Origin: an uncultured Solirubrobacteraceae bacterium
GTDB taxonomy: Bacteria; Actinomycetota; Thermoleophilia; Solirubrobacterales; Solirubrobacteraceae
Direction: 5' to 3'
Assembly (NCBI GenBank): GCA_963756205.1
Contig: CAVWMU010000015.1
Coordinates: 16,192-80,191, forward strand
DNA: 64,000 bases
Shown piece by piece: positions 1 through 9,347 of this stretch. The position numbers were made by a program, and so were the translations under genes. Under the pieces are notes generated by a model. It saw nothing but the letters and a program-made list of their open reading frames with translations. It did not search any database and was not told the DNA's origin. Each line of letters opens with the position of its first letter. The stretch's first letter is position 1.

Positions 1-2261
1 GTGCCGCGGGAAGCGACCCCGGCCCCGACGACCCTGAGCTGCACGAGCTTGCCACCACGATCCACGATCTCACTGCCGGCAACGCCTTCCTCGTCTGCGA
101 GCTCTGGCGAGCCGCGGTGGAGACGGGGGTAGTCGAGGTCGCTGGTGGGCAGGTGAGGGTGACCGGTCCACTGACCGAGCTCGGTACGCCCGAAAGCGTG
201 CGCGAGGTGGTCAGCCAGCGGCTGTCCCGCCTGGCCCCGAGAACCATCGAGCTGCTCGAGCTTGCGGCGGCCGCCGGGCCGGAGTTCGAGCTGGAGCCGG
301 TCCGCCGCGCCGCCGGCATCGCCGAGCCCGAGCTTCTCGCTGCGCTCGAGGAGGCGGTGGGCAGCGGCATGGTCGAGGAGCTCGACGCCAGGCGACTGGC
401 CTGGCGCTTCACCCACGAGATCGTCCGGCGCGCGCTCTACGACCGACTCTCGCGGCTTCGGCGAGCGGAACTGCATCTCCGCGTCGGGGAGGCGCTCGAG
501 AGCGCCTCCCCGGACTCCGATCGCGCGCTCGCCGATCTCGCCCATCACTTCGGCGCAGCCGCTCCGTTCGGCGGGGCCGAGCGGGCGATCGACTACAACC
601 TGCGCGCGGCGCGGACGGCGAGCGCCGCGCTTGCCTTCGACGACGCCGCCAAGCGGTTGCGGACCGCGATCGAGATCGGGATTCAGGGCGAGCCCGAGCG
701 CGCCGGCGCCCTGCTGGAGCTCGGCGCCGCCAGCCATCGGGCGGGCAAGGCGACCGATGCGCTGGAGGCGTTCGCGTCGGCGGCGGGGATCGCTCGCGCG
801 CTGGACAGCGGGGAGCTGCTTGCCCGGGCGGCGATCGGCTACGAGGATGCGTGCTGGCGCCCCGGGGTCATACGACGCGATGCGATTGAGCTCCTCGAGG
901 AGGCGCTAGCGGCGGTTGATGACGGCAGCGAGGAGCTGCGGATCGGCCTGCTGGCTGGACTTTCGCGGGCGCTCGACTTCGCGGGAGAGCGCGAGCGTGG
1001 CGCGCTCGTGCGCGAAAACGCCGTCGCGCTGGCGAGACGATACGAGGATCGCGCGGGGCTCGCCAGGGTGTTGGTCGGCTCCTACTGGGCGCGCGGCACG
1101 ACCCCGCTGGAGGACATCCTTGCGATGCTCACCGAGGCGAGGGACCTGGCGCAGGAGCTGGGGGATACCGAGATGCAAGCGGACGCCATGGCGTGGCGCG
1201 TGCCGACCTTCGTGGCTCTTTGTGACCTCGAGTCCGCTCGGGCGGAGGTGCTCGTCCTGCGCGAGACGGCCGAGCGCACTGCGCAGCCGTTCATTCACCA
1301 CGTGGCCGAGCATTACGGGTCCGCGATCGCTCTCTGCGACGGGAGGCTCGCGGACGCCGAGACGATGGCGGGGCGCTCGCACGATTGGGCTCGGCTACTG
1401 ACCGGTCGCGACGCGTCCGGCACCCACGGCATCCAGATGTTCGGCGTTCGTCGCGAGCAAGGTCGTCTGGCAGAGCTCGCGCCGGTGATCAGGATCCTCG
1501 CGGGCGGAGCCGAGCGTGAGGGCCCATGGCGTCCCGGGCTCGCCGTGGTGCTCGCCGAGCTGGGCATGGAGCGCGAGGCCAGGCGCGAGCTCTCGCGGCT
1601 CACCGCCGAGGGCATCGACGGCTACCAGGCATCGCTGTGGCTGGCCACGCTCACCTACCTGACCGACGCCTGTGCCGTGGTCAACGACGAGGCGATGGCG
1701 GCGATCGTCTACCCCAAGCTGGAGCCGCTCGCGGGGACCAACGTGATGATCGGCCACCTGGTCGCCTGCTACGGAGCCGCCGATCGCTACCTGGGCATGC
1801 TCGCCGCGATACTGGGAGAGCCGGGGCGAGCCGAGGAGCACTTCGAGCAGGCCATGGAGCAGAACAGACGGATGGGTGCGTCGACCTGGGTGGCTCACAC
1901 AGCGTATGAGTACGGGCGCTTTCTGCTCGGACGAGGGCGTGGGGCCCGTGACCACGCGCAGGCCATGCTGGGAGAAGCCGCCGGCCTGGCCGAACGGATC
2001 GGCATGCAGGGACTGCTCGGCAAGATCCGCCTGCTCGGCGTCCCCACCTCGGACGTTCTCCCCGGCGGGCTCTCCCCGCGTGAGGCGCAGATCCTGAAGC
2101 TGGTGGCCAGAGGACTGAGCAACCGCGAGATCGGCCAGGAGCTGACGATCAGCGAGCACACCGCGGCAAACCACATCCGAAACATCCTGCGCAAGACCGA
2201 TTGCGCCAACCGCACCGAGGCCGCGTCCTACGCCCACCGGCAGGGGCTCACGTCTGGGTGA
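1..2261 (+). CDS. Large ATP-binding LuxR-family transcriptional regulator (5' end outside window)
   Basis: The frame is open from base 3 (…HDLTAGNAFLVCELWR, the post-ATPase TxGNP-like motif), followed by FTHEIVR, a TPR-like helical region and a C-terminal LuxR HTH (LSPREAQILKLVARGLSNREIG…ISEHTAANH…NR). Confidence 0.9.
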   Translation, partial: AAGSDPGPDDPELHELATTIHDLTAGNAFLVCELWRAAVETGVVEVAGGQVRVTGPLTELGTPESVREVVSQRLSRLAPRTIELLELAAAAGPEFELEPVRRAAGIAEPELLAALEEAVGSGMVEELDARRLAWRFTHEIVRRALYDRLSRLRRAELHLRVGEALESASPDSDRALADLAHHFGAAAPFGGAERAIDYNLRAARTASAALAFDDAAKRLRTAIEIGIQGEPERAGALLELGAASHRAGKATDALEAFASAAGIARALDSGELLARAAIGYEDACWRPGVIRRDAIELLEEALAAVDDGSEELRIGLLAGLSRALDFAGERERGALVRENAVALARRYEDRAGLARVLVGSYWARGTTPLEDILAMLTEARDLAQELGDTEMQADAMAWRVPTFVALCDLESARAEVLVLRETAERTAQPFIHHVAEHYGSAIALCDGRLADAETMAGRSHDWARLLTGRDASGTHGIQMFGVRREQGRLAELAPVIRILAGGAEREGPWRPGLAVVLAELGMEREARRELSRLTAEGIDGYQASLWLATLTYLTDACAVVNDEAMAAIVYPKLEPLAGTNVMIGHLVACYGAADRYLGMLAAILGEPGRAEEHFEQAMEQNRRMGASTWVAHTAYEYGRFLLGRGRGARDHAQAMLGEAAGLAERIGMQGLLGKIRLLGVPTSDVLPGGLSPREAQILKLVARGLSNREIGQELTISEHTAANHIRNILRKTDCANRTEAASYAHRQGLTSG

Positions 2262-2286
2262 GCGGGGATCCCGCTAGCATCAACCG

Positions 2287-2574
2287 ATGGCCCTGTATGT
2301 GATCGAGCGCAGCTTCGCCGATCAACTTGACCTCACGGACGCCGATGTCGAGCTGATCGAGGAGGTCAACAGCGACGAGGGAGTTCGCTGGCTGTTCTCG
2401 TTTCTCAGCGCCGACCGGCGACGCACCTATTGCCTGTACGAGGCGCCGTCGCCCGACGCTATCTTGGCTGCCGCGCAGAGGGCGAACGTCCCGGCCGATG
2501 CGGTCGTAGAGGTGAGCGCCGCGACGCCGCAGTTCGCGGGCCGCCTGCGCGACTGGGCCGACGCCGTCCGCTGA
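2287..2574 (+). CDS. DUF4242-like small protein (SCO4226 nickel-binding-like)
   Basis: YVIER…GVRWLFSF…TYCLYEAPSPDAI…ANVPAD pattern. Confidence 0.75.
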   Translation: MALYVIERSFADQLDLTDADVELIEEVNSDEGVRWLFSFLSADRRRTYCLYEAPSPDAILAAAQRANVPADAVVEVSAATPQFAGRLRDWADAVR

Positions 2575-2694
2575 GCTGCGTCCAGTGGCATACGCATAGG
2601 CCATATGGCCGGGGAGAATCTTCGGGCGGTGTCGATTTCGACCGACCTCGTTCGACGTGCGGGTAGTAACAACCCGATCCACAAGGAGACACCA

Positions 2695-3111
2695 ATGCGT
2701 TTCATGGTCCTGGTCCCCGGGAGTCCCGAGTCTGAGGCGGGCGCGATGCCCAGCACGGAGATCCTGGGGGCAATGACGAAGTACAACGAAGAGCTCGTGA
2801 AGTCAGGTGTGATGCTGGCCGGCGAGGGCCTGCACCCAACCTCGAGAGGCGCGAAGGTCCGATTCAACGGCAGCGAGCGCACCGTCATCGACGGTCCGTT
2901 CACCGAGGCCAAGGAGATCGTCGCGGGCTACTGGATCTGGGAGTGCGCGTCGCGCGATGAGGCGATCGAGTGGCTCAAGCGAGCGCCGTTCGACGGCGGT
3001 GTCGAGATCGAGCTGCGCCAGATCTTCGACGCCGAGGACTTCGGCGAGCAGCTGACGCCGGAGCTGCGCGAGGCCAACGAGCGTCTGCGCGAGCAGGCCG
3101 CCCAGCATTAG
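2695..3111 (+). CDS. YciI/DGPF-domain protein
   Basis: LAGEGLHP…DGPFTEAKEIVAGYW motif; AAGGAG RBS before the ATG at 2695. Confidence 0.9.
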   Translation: MRFMVLVPGSPESEAGAMPSTEILGAMTKYNEELVKSGVMLAGEGLHPTSRGAKVRFNGSERTVIDGPFTEAKEIVAGYWIWECASRDEAIEWLKRAPFDGGVEIELRQIFDAEDFGEQLTPELREANERLREQAAQH

Positions 3112-3115
3112 GTCG

Positions 3116-4378
3116 GTGCTCCCGTCGGCCACCCATCGTGCGATCGACGCCGTGTGGCGGATCGAGTCGGCCCGGTTGATAGCCGGGCTGACTCGCATCG
3201 TGCGCGACGTGACGGTGGCCGAGGATCTGGCCCAGGACGCGCTCGTCGCCGCGCTCGAGCAATGGCCGGAAGCGGGCATCCCGGACAAGCCGGGCGCATG
3301 GCTGATGGCCACCGCCAAGCGCCGGGGCATCGATGCGCTGCGCCGGCGCGTCGTGCTCGAGCGTAAGCGGGAGCTGATCGGGCGCGAGCTGGAAATGCTC
3401 CAACAGCTCGGCGAGCCCGATTTTGCCGCGCAGGTCGAAGACGTGCAGGACGATGTGCTGCGCCTGATCTTCATGACGTGCCATCCGGTGCTGTCCCGGG
3501 AGGCGCGGGTCGCGCTCACTCTGCGCCTGCTGGGCGGCCTGTCGACGCCGGAGATCGCGCGGGCGTTCCTCGTCCCCGAAGGGACGGTCGCGCAGCGCAT
3601 CGTCCGCGCCAAGCGCACGCTCGCCGAGGCACACGTGCCGTTTGAGGTCCCCGGCCGCGACGAGCTGGCCGAGCGTCTGTCGGCGGTGCTCGAGGTGATC
3701 TACCTGGTGTTCAACGAGGGCTACGCCGCGAGCGCCGGCGAGCACTGGATCCGTCCGGCGCTGTGTGCGGACGCCCTGCGCCTGGGCAGGATCCTGGCGG
3801 CGCTGATGCCCCGCGAGCCCGAGGTCCACGGCCTGCTGGCCCTGATGGAGCTCCAGGCCTCGCGGCTGCGGGCGCGTGTCGGGCCGCGGGGTGAGCCGGT
3901 GCTGCTCGCCGATCAGGACCGCGCGCGTTGGGACCATCTGCTCGTGCAGCGTGGCCTGGGTGGACTCCGGCGGGCTGAGGAGCTCAGCGGCGCGCTTGGG
4001 CGGTACACGCTGCAGGCCGCAATCGCCGCCTGCCACGCGCGGGCCCGGAGCGTGGAGGAAACCGACTGGCCGCGGATCGTCGCGCTGTATGACGGCCTGG
4101 CGGCCCTCACGGGCTCTCCGGTCGTGGAGCTCAACCGTGCTGTGGCGGTGACGATGGCCTTCGGCCCCGAGGCCGGGCTCGAGCTAGTCGACTCGCTCGC
4201 GGATGAGCCCGCATTGCGCGACTACCATCTGCTGCCCGGCGTACGCGGCGACGTCCTCGTGCGTCTGGGGCGATTGACGGAGGCGCGCGAGGCGTTCGAG
4301 CGCGCAGCCGACCTGTGTGAGAACGAGCGTGGGCGCGAGCTACTGCTCTCCCGCGCGGTCGCGTGCAACGCCTTATGA
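3116..4378 (+). CDS. ECF sigma factor with C-terminal TPR/DUF6596 extension (ECF42-like)
   Basis: AEDLAQDAL, LRLIFMTCHPVL, YLVFNEGY, SPVVELNRAVA motifs; pairing with a DGPF gene is typical of ECF42. Confidence 0.9.
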   Translation: MLPSATHRAIDAVWRIESARLIAGLTRIVRDVTVAEDLAQDALVAALEQWPEAGIPDKPGAWLMATAKRRGIDALRRRVVLERKRELIGRELEMLQQLGEPDFAAQVEDVQDDVLRLIFMTCHPVLSREARVALTLRLLGGLSTPEIARAFLVPEGTVAQRIVRAKRTLAEAHVPFEVPGRDELAERLSAVLEVIYLVFNEGYAASAGEHWIRPALCADALRLGRILAALMPREPEVHGLLALMELQASRLRARVGPRGEPVLLADQDRARWDHLLVQRGLGGLRRAEELSGALGRYTLQAAIAACHARARSVEETDWPRIVALYDGLAALTGSPVVELNRAVAVTMAFGPEAGLELVDSLADEPALRDYHLLPGVRGDVLVRLGRLTEAREAFERAADLCENERGRELLLSRAVACNAL

Positions 4379-5764
4379 GCTCGATTCGTCCAGCTCGCTC
4401 AGCCGTTCGATGGCCGTGCTCAGGTGTGTGAGATAGCGTTTCGCTGCCGTTTGCACGGACGGCTCCGCAGCGTGGTCGGGAAGCGCGCGGAGCAGGTTCA
4501 GCCGGCTCTGGGCCACCCAGGTTGAGACGTCGGACTCGCTCAGCCACCGTTCCGCGGTTATCCACGTGCCGAGCATCATGCGCGGCCAGTCCTCGATGCT
4601 GCTGGGGTAGGGGTGGGGTGGGCAAAGCCGGTTCTTGTCCGTGTCGTCGTCGCGGTGGGCCTCGACGAAGCCGATGAGGGCTGCGTTGAAACACGGCGAG
4701 AGGTGTCGTACCTGCTGGAGCACGATCCGACCAGGCTCGAAGATCGGTGTAGCGGTGGCGTTGCTGATGCCGAGTGCCGTGCAGTCCACGTGTAGGACGG
4801 CGGGTCCGGTATCGGTCTCCCCGTGCTCGAGCACGATCCGATCGGCCTCGATCCGCCGCACCCGGCCGAGTCTGACCACGTCGTCGATCTGGCGCAGGGC
4901 CGTCAGCTCGCGGGCGCTGAGCATCGTGCCGCGGTACATCCTCGCCGGCCAGGCCGGGTCGATGCGCATGAGCCGCCCCGAGGCCTCGAGCCGCTCGAAG
5001 AGGTCCTCGACGCCTGCCGCATGGGCGCCGGCCTCCGCATCGAGAGAAAGCCCCTCCATGGTCGCGCCGACCTGCTCCAGCGGCTGAAAATGGCTGAGGT
5101 CGTGGAACCATGCGTCGCGTGGCCGGATCCAGCGAATCCTGTCCGGCTGCACGTCGTTGTCCAGGAGCCAGATGCACGCGTCCACAGCCGTCTTGCCGGA
5201 CCCGAGCACGGTGTAGGAGCAGTCGGCTTCCGCGGCCGCCGGCAACTCGTTGATGGGGACGAGCCGCACACCCGGGGCCACCTCAAACGGGGTGGCGTGG
5301 GTTGCCGGGATCGACCCCTCTTGGTATCGAGCATCGACAACCTTGCGACGTACGACGACATCGTGGAGTGCTCCGGTGCTCAGGTCCATGACCCGCTCAC
5401 CGTCGCTCCCGGTACCCAGGTGCTCGTGGCCGGTGAGCACGCGAACCCGGCCTGTCTGCGTGAGCCGGACGACCGCCTCGGCGAAGTACTCGCAGACCTC
5501 CTTGCCAGTCGCCCGTTCGTAGTAGCCGGCGTTCTCGCCACTCTGATCGATGCGGTCCTCGCCGAGCGTCAGCGAGCTCACACCATAGTAAGCGGAGGGG
5601 CTGTGCAGGCGAACAAACGGATACGCATCTGGCCAGTGACCCCCCGGGGCCTCTCGACGATCGATCACGGTCACCTCGACGTCCGCCTCGGCCAGCAGCG
5701 CATCGGCGAACGCAAGGCCGCTCGCGCCTGCTCCTACAACTAGATAATCGGTACTGATGAGCAT
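4373..5764 (-). CDS. FAD/NAD(P)-dependent oxidoreductase
   Basis: N-terminal GAGASG Rossmann motif, PGGHW, second motif LGSGKTAVD. Confidence 0.8.
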   Translation of the reverse strand: MLISTDYLVVGAGASGLAFADALLAEADVEVTVIDRREAPGGHWPDAYPFVRLHSPSAYYGVSSLTLGEDRIDQSGENAGYYERATGKEVCEYFAEAVVRLTQTGRVRVLTGHEHLGTGSDGERVMDLSTGALHDVVVRRKVVDARYQEGSIPATHATPFEVAPGVRLVPINELPAAAEADCSYTVLGSGKTAVDACIWLLDNDVQPDRIRWIRPRDAWFHDLSHFQPLEQVGATMEGLSLDAEAGAHAAGVEDLFERLEASGRLMRIDPAWPARMYRGTMLSARELTALRQIDDVVRLGRVRRIEADRIVLEHGETDTGPAVLHVDCTALGISNATATPIFEPGRIVLQQVRHLSPCFNAALIGFVEAHRDDDTDKNRLCPPHPYPSSIEDWPRMMLGTWITAERWLSESDVSTWVAQSRLNLLRALPDHAAEPSVQTAAKRYLTHLSTAIERLSELDESSS

Positions 5765-6041
5765 CGTCCACCGCCTCGTTCGAGTCTGCTCTCAAGCCTC
5801 GGCAGATCTTGGAGTTGCGCCTTCAGCAACGCAACGTAAGGCCTGGCGCGCCGCCTGTCGTGACCCGAACTGACCGACTTTTACCCCGCCGGACGATGCG
5901 TTGATTCGCGCCGGTGATCAGATCTGACTATCGTCCTTCGCCTGGGGCCAGGACTCGGGGATCTCGCAGCCGAAAGCCTCCAGGGTGAAGGAGAGGCTCG
6001 TGGCAGCGATCCTCGACCGCCCACTGCAAGTGTCGCGGCAG

Positions 6042-7799
6042 CTACGACGCGCTGGTGACCGTCGCGCAGTTGTCGGGCGCTGCGACGCCGTTGAATCGGG
6101 CTTGGGTCCAGCTGAGCAGATAGGGGATGAGCGATGAGCTGGGGCCGACGACGCCGACGTGATCGAGACCTTTGTAGGTGCGGTATTCGAGCTTCTGGCC
6201 GGCGCGACAGAGCTTCCGGAAAAACGCGCGCTGGACGGCTGGGAGCACGAGCTCATCAGCGGTGCCCTGCGCGACGAGGGTCGGTATGCCGGACGGTTGG
6301 TCGGGTACGTTTTGCGCGAGGCGAGTAGCGAGCGGGCCGCTGGTGAGGTCGCGGCTGAAGATCTGCTCACCGACGAGGAAGGCGGGCAGGGACAGGATCG
6401 TGGCTGGCTCGCTGAGGCAGCGTTCGTCCACTCGACGCACGACCGTTTGCGCGCTCGCGCGGACGTAGGAGTTGAACGACACGTCCGGGTAGGTGTCGCT
6501 GTAGCCGCTGATAACGAAGCTCGCGAACAGCCTGCCGGATGGGGTTTGCTGAAGGCTCCGTGCCAGGGACAGCACGTCGCTGGCCGGCGCGAGCGCGGCA
6601 ACCCCGGCGAGCGGCACGTCGGGCGCGTAGCTCGCGGCCTCGATCCCGGTCCACAGGGCCGCGCCGCCACCCTGCGAATGCCCCCAGACGACGGTGCTCG
6701 TCCCGAGCTCGACGAAGGCCAGGTGTCGCGCCGCGCGCACGGCGTCCAACGCTGAGTGCGCCTCGGGGATGCCGACGAGGTAGGGGTGGGGCGGGGAGGC
6801 GCCCAGGCCGACGTAGTCGGGCGCGACGAGCACCCAGCCCCGGTCGATCACGGCCGCGGTCGCGGGCATTGCCCCAGCGGTGAACGGGTCGGGCAGCAGC
6901 GACGGCGCGCACTTCTTCGCCACGCCGGTGGTGCCGTGCTCCCAGAGAAGCACCGGTCGGGGTCCGGCCGGCGGGTTGGGGGACGCGACGACGAGGCCGC
7001 TGGCCAGGGTGATGCGTCCGTTGATCCCGGTCGTGGTGTAGAGGATCCGGACCGCCCGAGAGCCGGCGGGCATCCCCTCAGTGGTCGGCTGCTCTCGCAA
7101 CAGGACCCCGGGCTTATCGGGCAGGCTACCTGTGTACGAGTAAAACGACGTGACCGTTGGTGAGCCCTTGTGCACCAGCGCGCTGATCAGTACGAGGACG
7201 AGCGCGAACAGCAGCGCCGCCGTCGCGCGAACGCCCCGCAGCCAGGCGCGCACACGGCCGCGCCTCGGGGTCTTATCGGGCTTTGGGCCTCGTAGCGCTC
7301 GGAGTAGCCGACCCGCGCCGTAGACGATCGTGACCGGCCCGACCAGCAGCGCGACGACGAGGATCGTGACGTCCGGCCACGAGAGCGCAAGGATCCCGAA
7401 GATGAATCCCGCCAGCCCGCCGACGAGCGCGGAGTAGCGCTCATCGGCCTCGCCTCGCCAGCCCGCGGCGACTCGAGCGCCGCCGCTGAGAACCATCCCG
7501 ACGCCGACGACGATCGCGACCCCGCGCACGGTCAGGCCCGGCGCGAGTGCGGCGACGAGCCCGGTCGTGAACAGTAGACCGCCTGCGACTCGATCCCGAG
7601 CCGGCGAATCAGTGTCGCGGCTGGCGAGCAGCTCACTGCACCCCGCCAAGATCAGGCTCGCGGCGACGAAGAACGTCAGCGCCTCCAGCGACTTGAACGG
7701 CCGGAGCGTCAGCGCGACCCCGACCAGCACCGCTGCCGCACCGATCAACAGAGCGAGGACGCGGAGACGCCCGTCCTGTGTGCCGTCCCGCGAGCTCAT
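6042..7799 (-). CDS. HdeD/DUF308-like membrane domain fused to a secretory lipase (LIP-type alpha/beta hydrolase)
   Basis: About 6-7 N-terminal TM segments, then HGTTG…CAPS, PDYVGLG, the GHSQGG nucleophile elbow, QGTAD and a DH catalytic region. Confidence 0.8.
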   Translation of the reverse strand: MSSRDGTQDGRLRVLALLIGAAAVLVGVALTLRPFKSLEALTFFVAASLILAGCSELLASRDTDSPARDRVAGGLLFTTGLVAALAPGLTVRGVAIVVGVGMVLSGGARVAAGWRGEADERYSALVGGLAGFIFGILALSWPDVTILVVALLVGPVTIVYGAGRLLRALRGPKPDKTPRRGRVRAWLRGVRATAALLFALVLVLISALVHKGSPTVTSFYSYTGSLPDKPGVLLREQPTTEGMPAGSRAVRILYTTTGINGRITLASGLVVASPNPPAGPRPVLLWEHGTTGVAKKCAPSLLPDPFTAGAMPATAAVIDRGWVLVAPDYVGLGASPPHPYLVGIPEAHSALDAVRAARHLAFVELGTSTVVWGHSQGGGAALWTGIEAASYAPDVPLAGVAALAPASDVLSLARSLQQTPSGRLFASFVISGYSDTYPDVSFNSYVRASAQTVVRRVDERCLSEPATILSLPAFLVGEQIFSRDLTSGPLATRLAQNVPDQPSGIPTLVAQGTADELVLPAVQRAFFRKLCRAGQKLEYRTYKGLDHVGVVGPSSSLIPYLLSWTQARFNGVAAPDNCATVTSAS

Positions 7800-7917
7800 T
7801 CCACGCGATCGTATTGTCCGATCCGGCCCGATGACAACCCGAAAGACCGCGCAGAACAGGCTTTCGTGGCCGGCGTCCTCGACGTGGAGGTCACGGTCCA
7901 GGGCGGCGGCACCGCCG

Positions 7918-8018
7918 GTCTCACATGGCTGGGATTCTGCCGACGCCAGGCAGTCTCATATGGACGAGACAAAGCTCCGTCTCAGATCGTTGAGAATCCG
8001 GTCTCATGTAGACGAGAC
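7918..8018. repeat. Array of four imperfect 18-bp palindromes GTCTCA-N6-YGAGAC
   Basis: 7918 GTCTCACATGGCTGGGAT; 7953 GTCTCATATGGACGAGAC; 7979 GTCTCAGATCGTTGAGAA; 8001 GTCTCATGTAGACGAGAC. Copies 2 and 4 are 16/18 identical. Confidence 0.7.
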
Positions 8019-8049
8019 GTCGCACCGGCATAGCCCGGCTCACCGCCTC

Positions 8050-8057
8050 ATGCAACG
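8050..8057. repeat. Left target-site duplication ATGCAACG
   Basis: The identical 8-mer is at 11837-11844; both abut the terminal inverted repeats. Confidence 0.9.
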
Positions 8058-8075
8058 GGTAGTGTCTCAGTTTGG
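8058..8075 (+). repeat. Left terminal inverted repeat
   Basis: GGTAGTGTCTCAGTTTGG is the exact reverse complement of 11819-11836. Confidence 0.92.
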
Positions 8076-8196
8076 CTTTCGCCTGCAAATCGCGCCCTTT
8101 CGGGCGCGGGCGCCGCTAAGGTCGCGGGCTACCAACCAAGCGGCGCCGACGCGGGCGGTCACCCACGCCGACGCCTTGACACCGGGAGGTGCCCCG

Positions 8197-8454
8197 ATGC
8201 CCGCCGAGAACCCTACCCCGCTGCGCGACTTCGACGTCATGGAACGCGAAGCGCTGTACCTGCTGACCGACCCCGACCGCTACCCGCCGATATGGAGCAT
8301 GGCGGACATCGGCCGCGAGCTGGAAACCGAGGACCCCGAGGCGGTCGTCCGGCCACTGCGCAATGCGGGCCTTGTCCACACGATCGCAGGCGACTGCGTG
8401 TTTGCCAGTGCCGCCGCCTTCAAGCTGGTGCAGATCGTCGGCCAAGTCGTCTGA
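8197..8454 (+). CDS. Hypothetical cargo protein, 85 aa, possible winged-helix fold
   Basis: GGAGGT RBS before the ATG; PPIWSMADIGRELE…VVRPLRNAGLVH resembles a wHTH (inference). Confidence 0.65.
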   Translation: MPAENPTPLRDFDVMEREALYLLTDPDRYPPIWSMADIGRELETEDPEAVVRPLRNAGLVHTIAGDCVFASAAAFKLVQIVGQVV

Positions 8455-8464
8455 GACTCGCCAA

Positions 8465-8497
8465 GGGCGCCACGTCGCAGGGCTGGACGTGGCGCTC
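8465..8497. repeat. GC-rich hairpin, copy 1 (GGGCGCCACGTC-N9-GACGTGGCGCTC)
   Basis: Intergenic stem-loop; the stem is nearly identical to the one at 9311-9347. Confidence 0.75.
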
Positions 8498-8573
8498 CCG
8501 CTCCGCCGGAGTTTCCGGAGCGGGCGACGGCGACCCCACATGGGGTGCTTCGCTTTCTGAGGCGGTGCGCTGA

Positions 8574-8876
8574 ATGCCTCCCTTCCGAGAGGACTGGATC
8601 GCCTTGCTTGACCCTGGCATCGCCCGCTACGTTGACGTGCTCTACGCGGCCGGGATCAAGACGTACGAGTCCTGCGAAGGCGGCGAGGGGCACTCCTACG
8701 CTGAGCCTGCGATCAGGTTCTATGGGGAGCGCGGCGAGGGCTTCCGTGCCCTAGCCGTAGCACTCCAATGGGGCTTCCCTGTCCGAGCCGTACGGCGTAT
8801 CTGGACCGTCGATACGGACGGCCATCCACATGGCCCGGAGTGGGAAATCGCGTTCTGGCGGTGTGCGGAGTGCTAA
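8574..8876 (+). CDS. Hypothetical cargo protein, 100 aa, LDPGI…T-ESCEG…H motif
   Basis: Protein-like composition; the motif recalls the N-terminal part of TYW3-like and phage hypothetical proteins (inference). Confidence 0.65.
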   Translation: MPPFREDWIALLDPGIARYVDVLYAAGIKTYESCEGGEGHSYAEPAIRFYGERGEGFRALAVALQWGFPVRAVRRIWTVDTDGHPHGPEWEIAFWRCAEC

Positions 8877-9091
8877 TAGCCCCGACGTGCTCGCTGTGCT
8901 GCCTGTGCTTCCTCTGCGGACAAGGTTGCGCAGCGGTCGCAGAGTTTGCGCCCGGCGTCGCCTGGGATGTCGTTGCCGTCGCGCTTGATCCGCAGGCCGT
9001 ACCCGCAGTCGTCGTTGTCGTGATAACGCCACAGCTCCTCGGGCTCGTAAGCCTCAACGGTGTCGGTATGGAAGGCGGGAACCTTGCTCAC
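8873..9091 (-). CDS. Small putative Zn-binding cargo protein (about 72 aa)
   Basis: GGAG RBS then GTG at 9091; FHT…YHDNDDC…G…LCDRC gives an H/C/CxxC ligand set. Confidence 0.6.
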   Translation of the reverse strand: MSKVPAFHTDTVEAYEPEELWRYHDNDDCGYGLRIKRDGNDIPGDAGRKLCDRCATLSAEEAQAAQRARRGY

Positions 9092-9310
9092 AGTGCTGCT
9101 CCAATCTTCCCTCGGGCCGCCTGCGGACACAGGTGTATTGGAACCCGCGAGATTCATCGAATCCTGTCAAGGGTTCCGGACGGACTCGCGGGGCCTTTGT
9201 CAAGAAATCCGATAGCGGCGTCCGTTCTACTTGACAGGATGGGGTCGCGCCTTTGGCGTGCTCCAATCACGACAGGCGAGTCGGGCGGACACCCGGCACG
9301 CATCCGCCAT

Positions 9311-9347
9311 GGGAGCGCCACGTCCCGTCGTCCGACGTGGCGCTCCC
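9311..9347. repeat. GC-rich hairpin, copy 2 (perfect 14-bp stem GGGAGCGCCACGTC-N9-GACGTGGCGCTCCC)
   Basis: Directly visible perfect inverted repeat with a 9-nt spacer. Confidence 0.8.

Noticed and set aside
7918-8018. Possible mini-CRISPR array
   Set aside because: Repeats are 18 bp and degenerate, spacers are only 4-17 bp and irregular, and no cas genes are in the window.
8465-9347. Hairpins as integron attC sites
   Set aside because: No RYYYAAC/GTTRRRY ends, too short, and no tyrosine integrase in the window.
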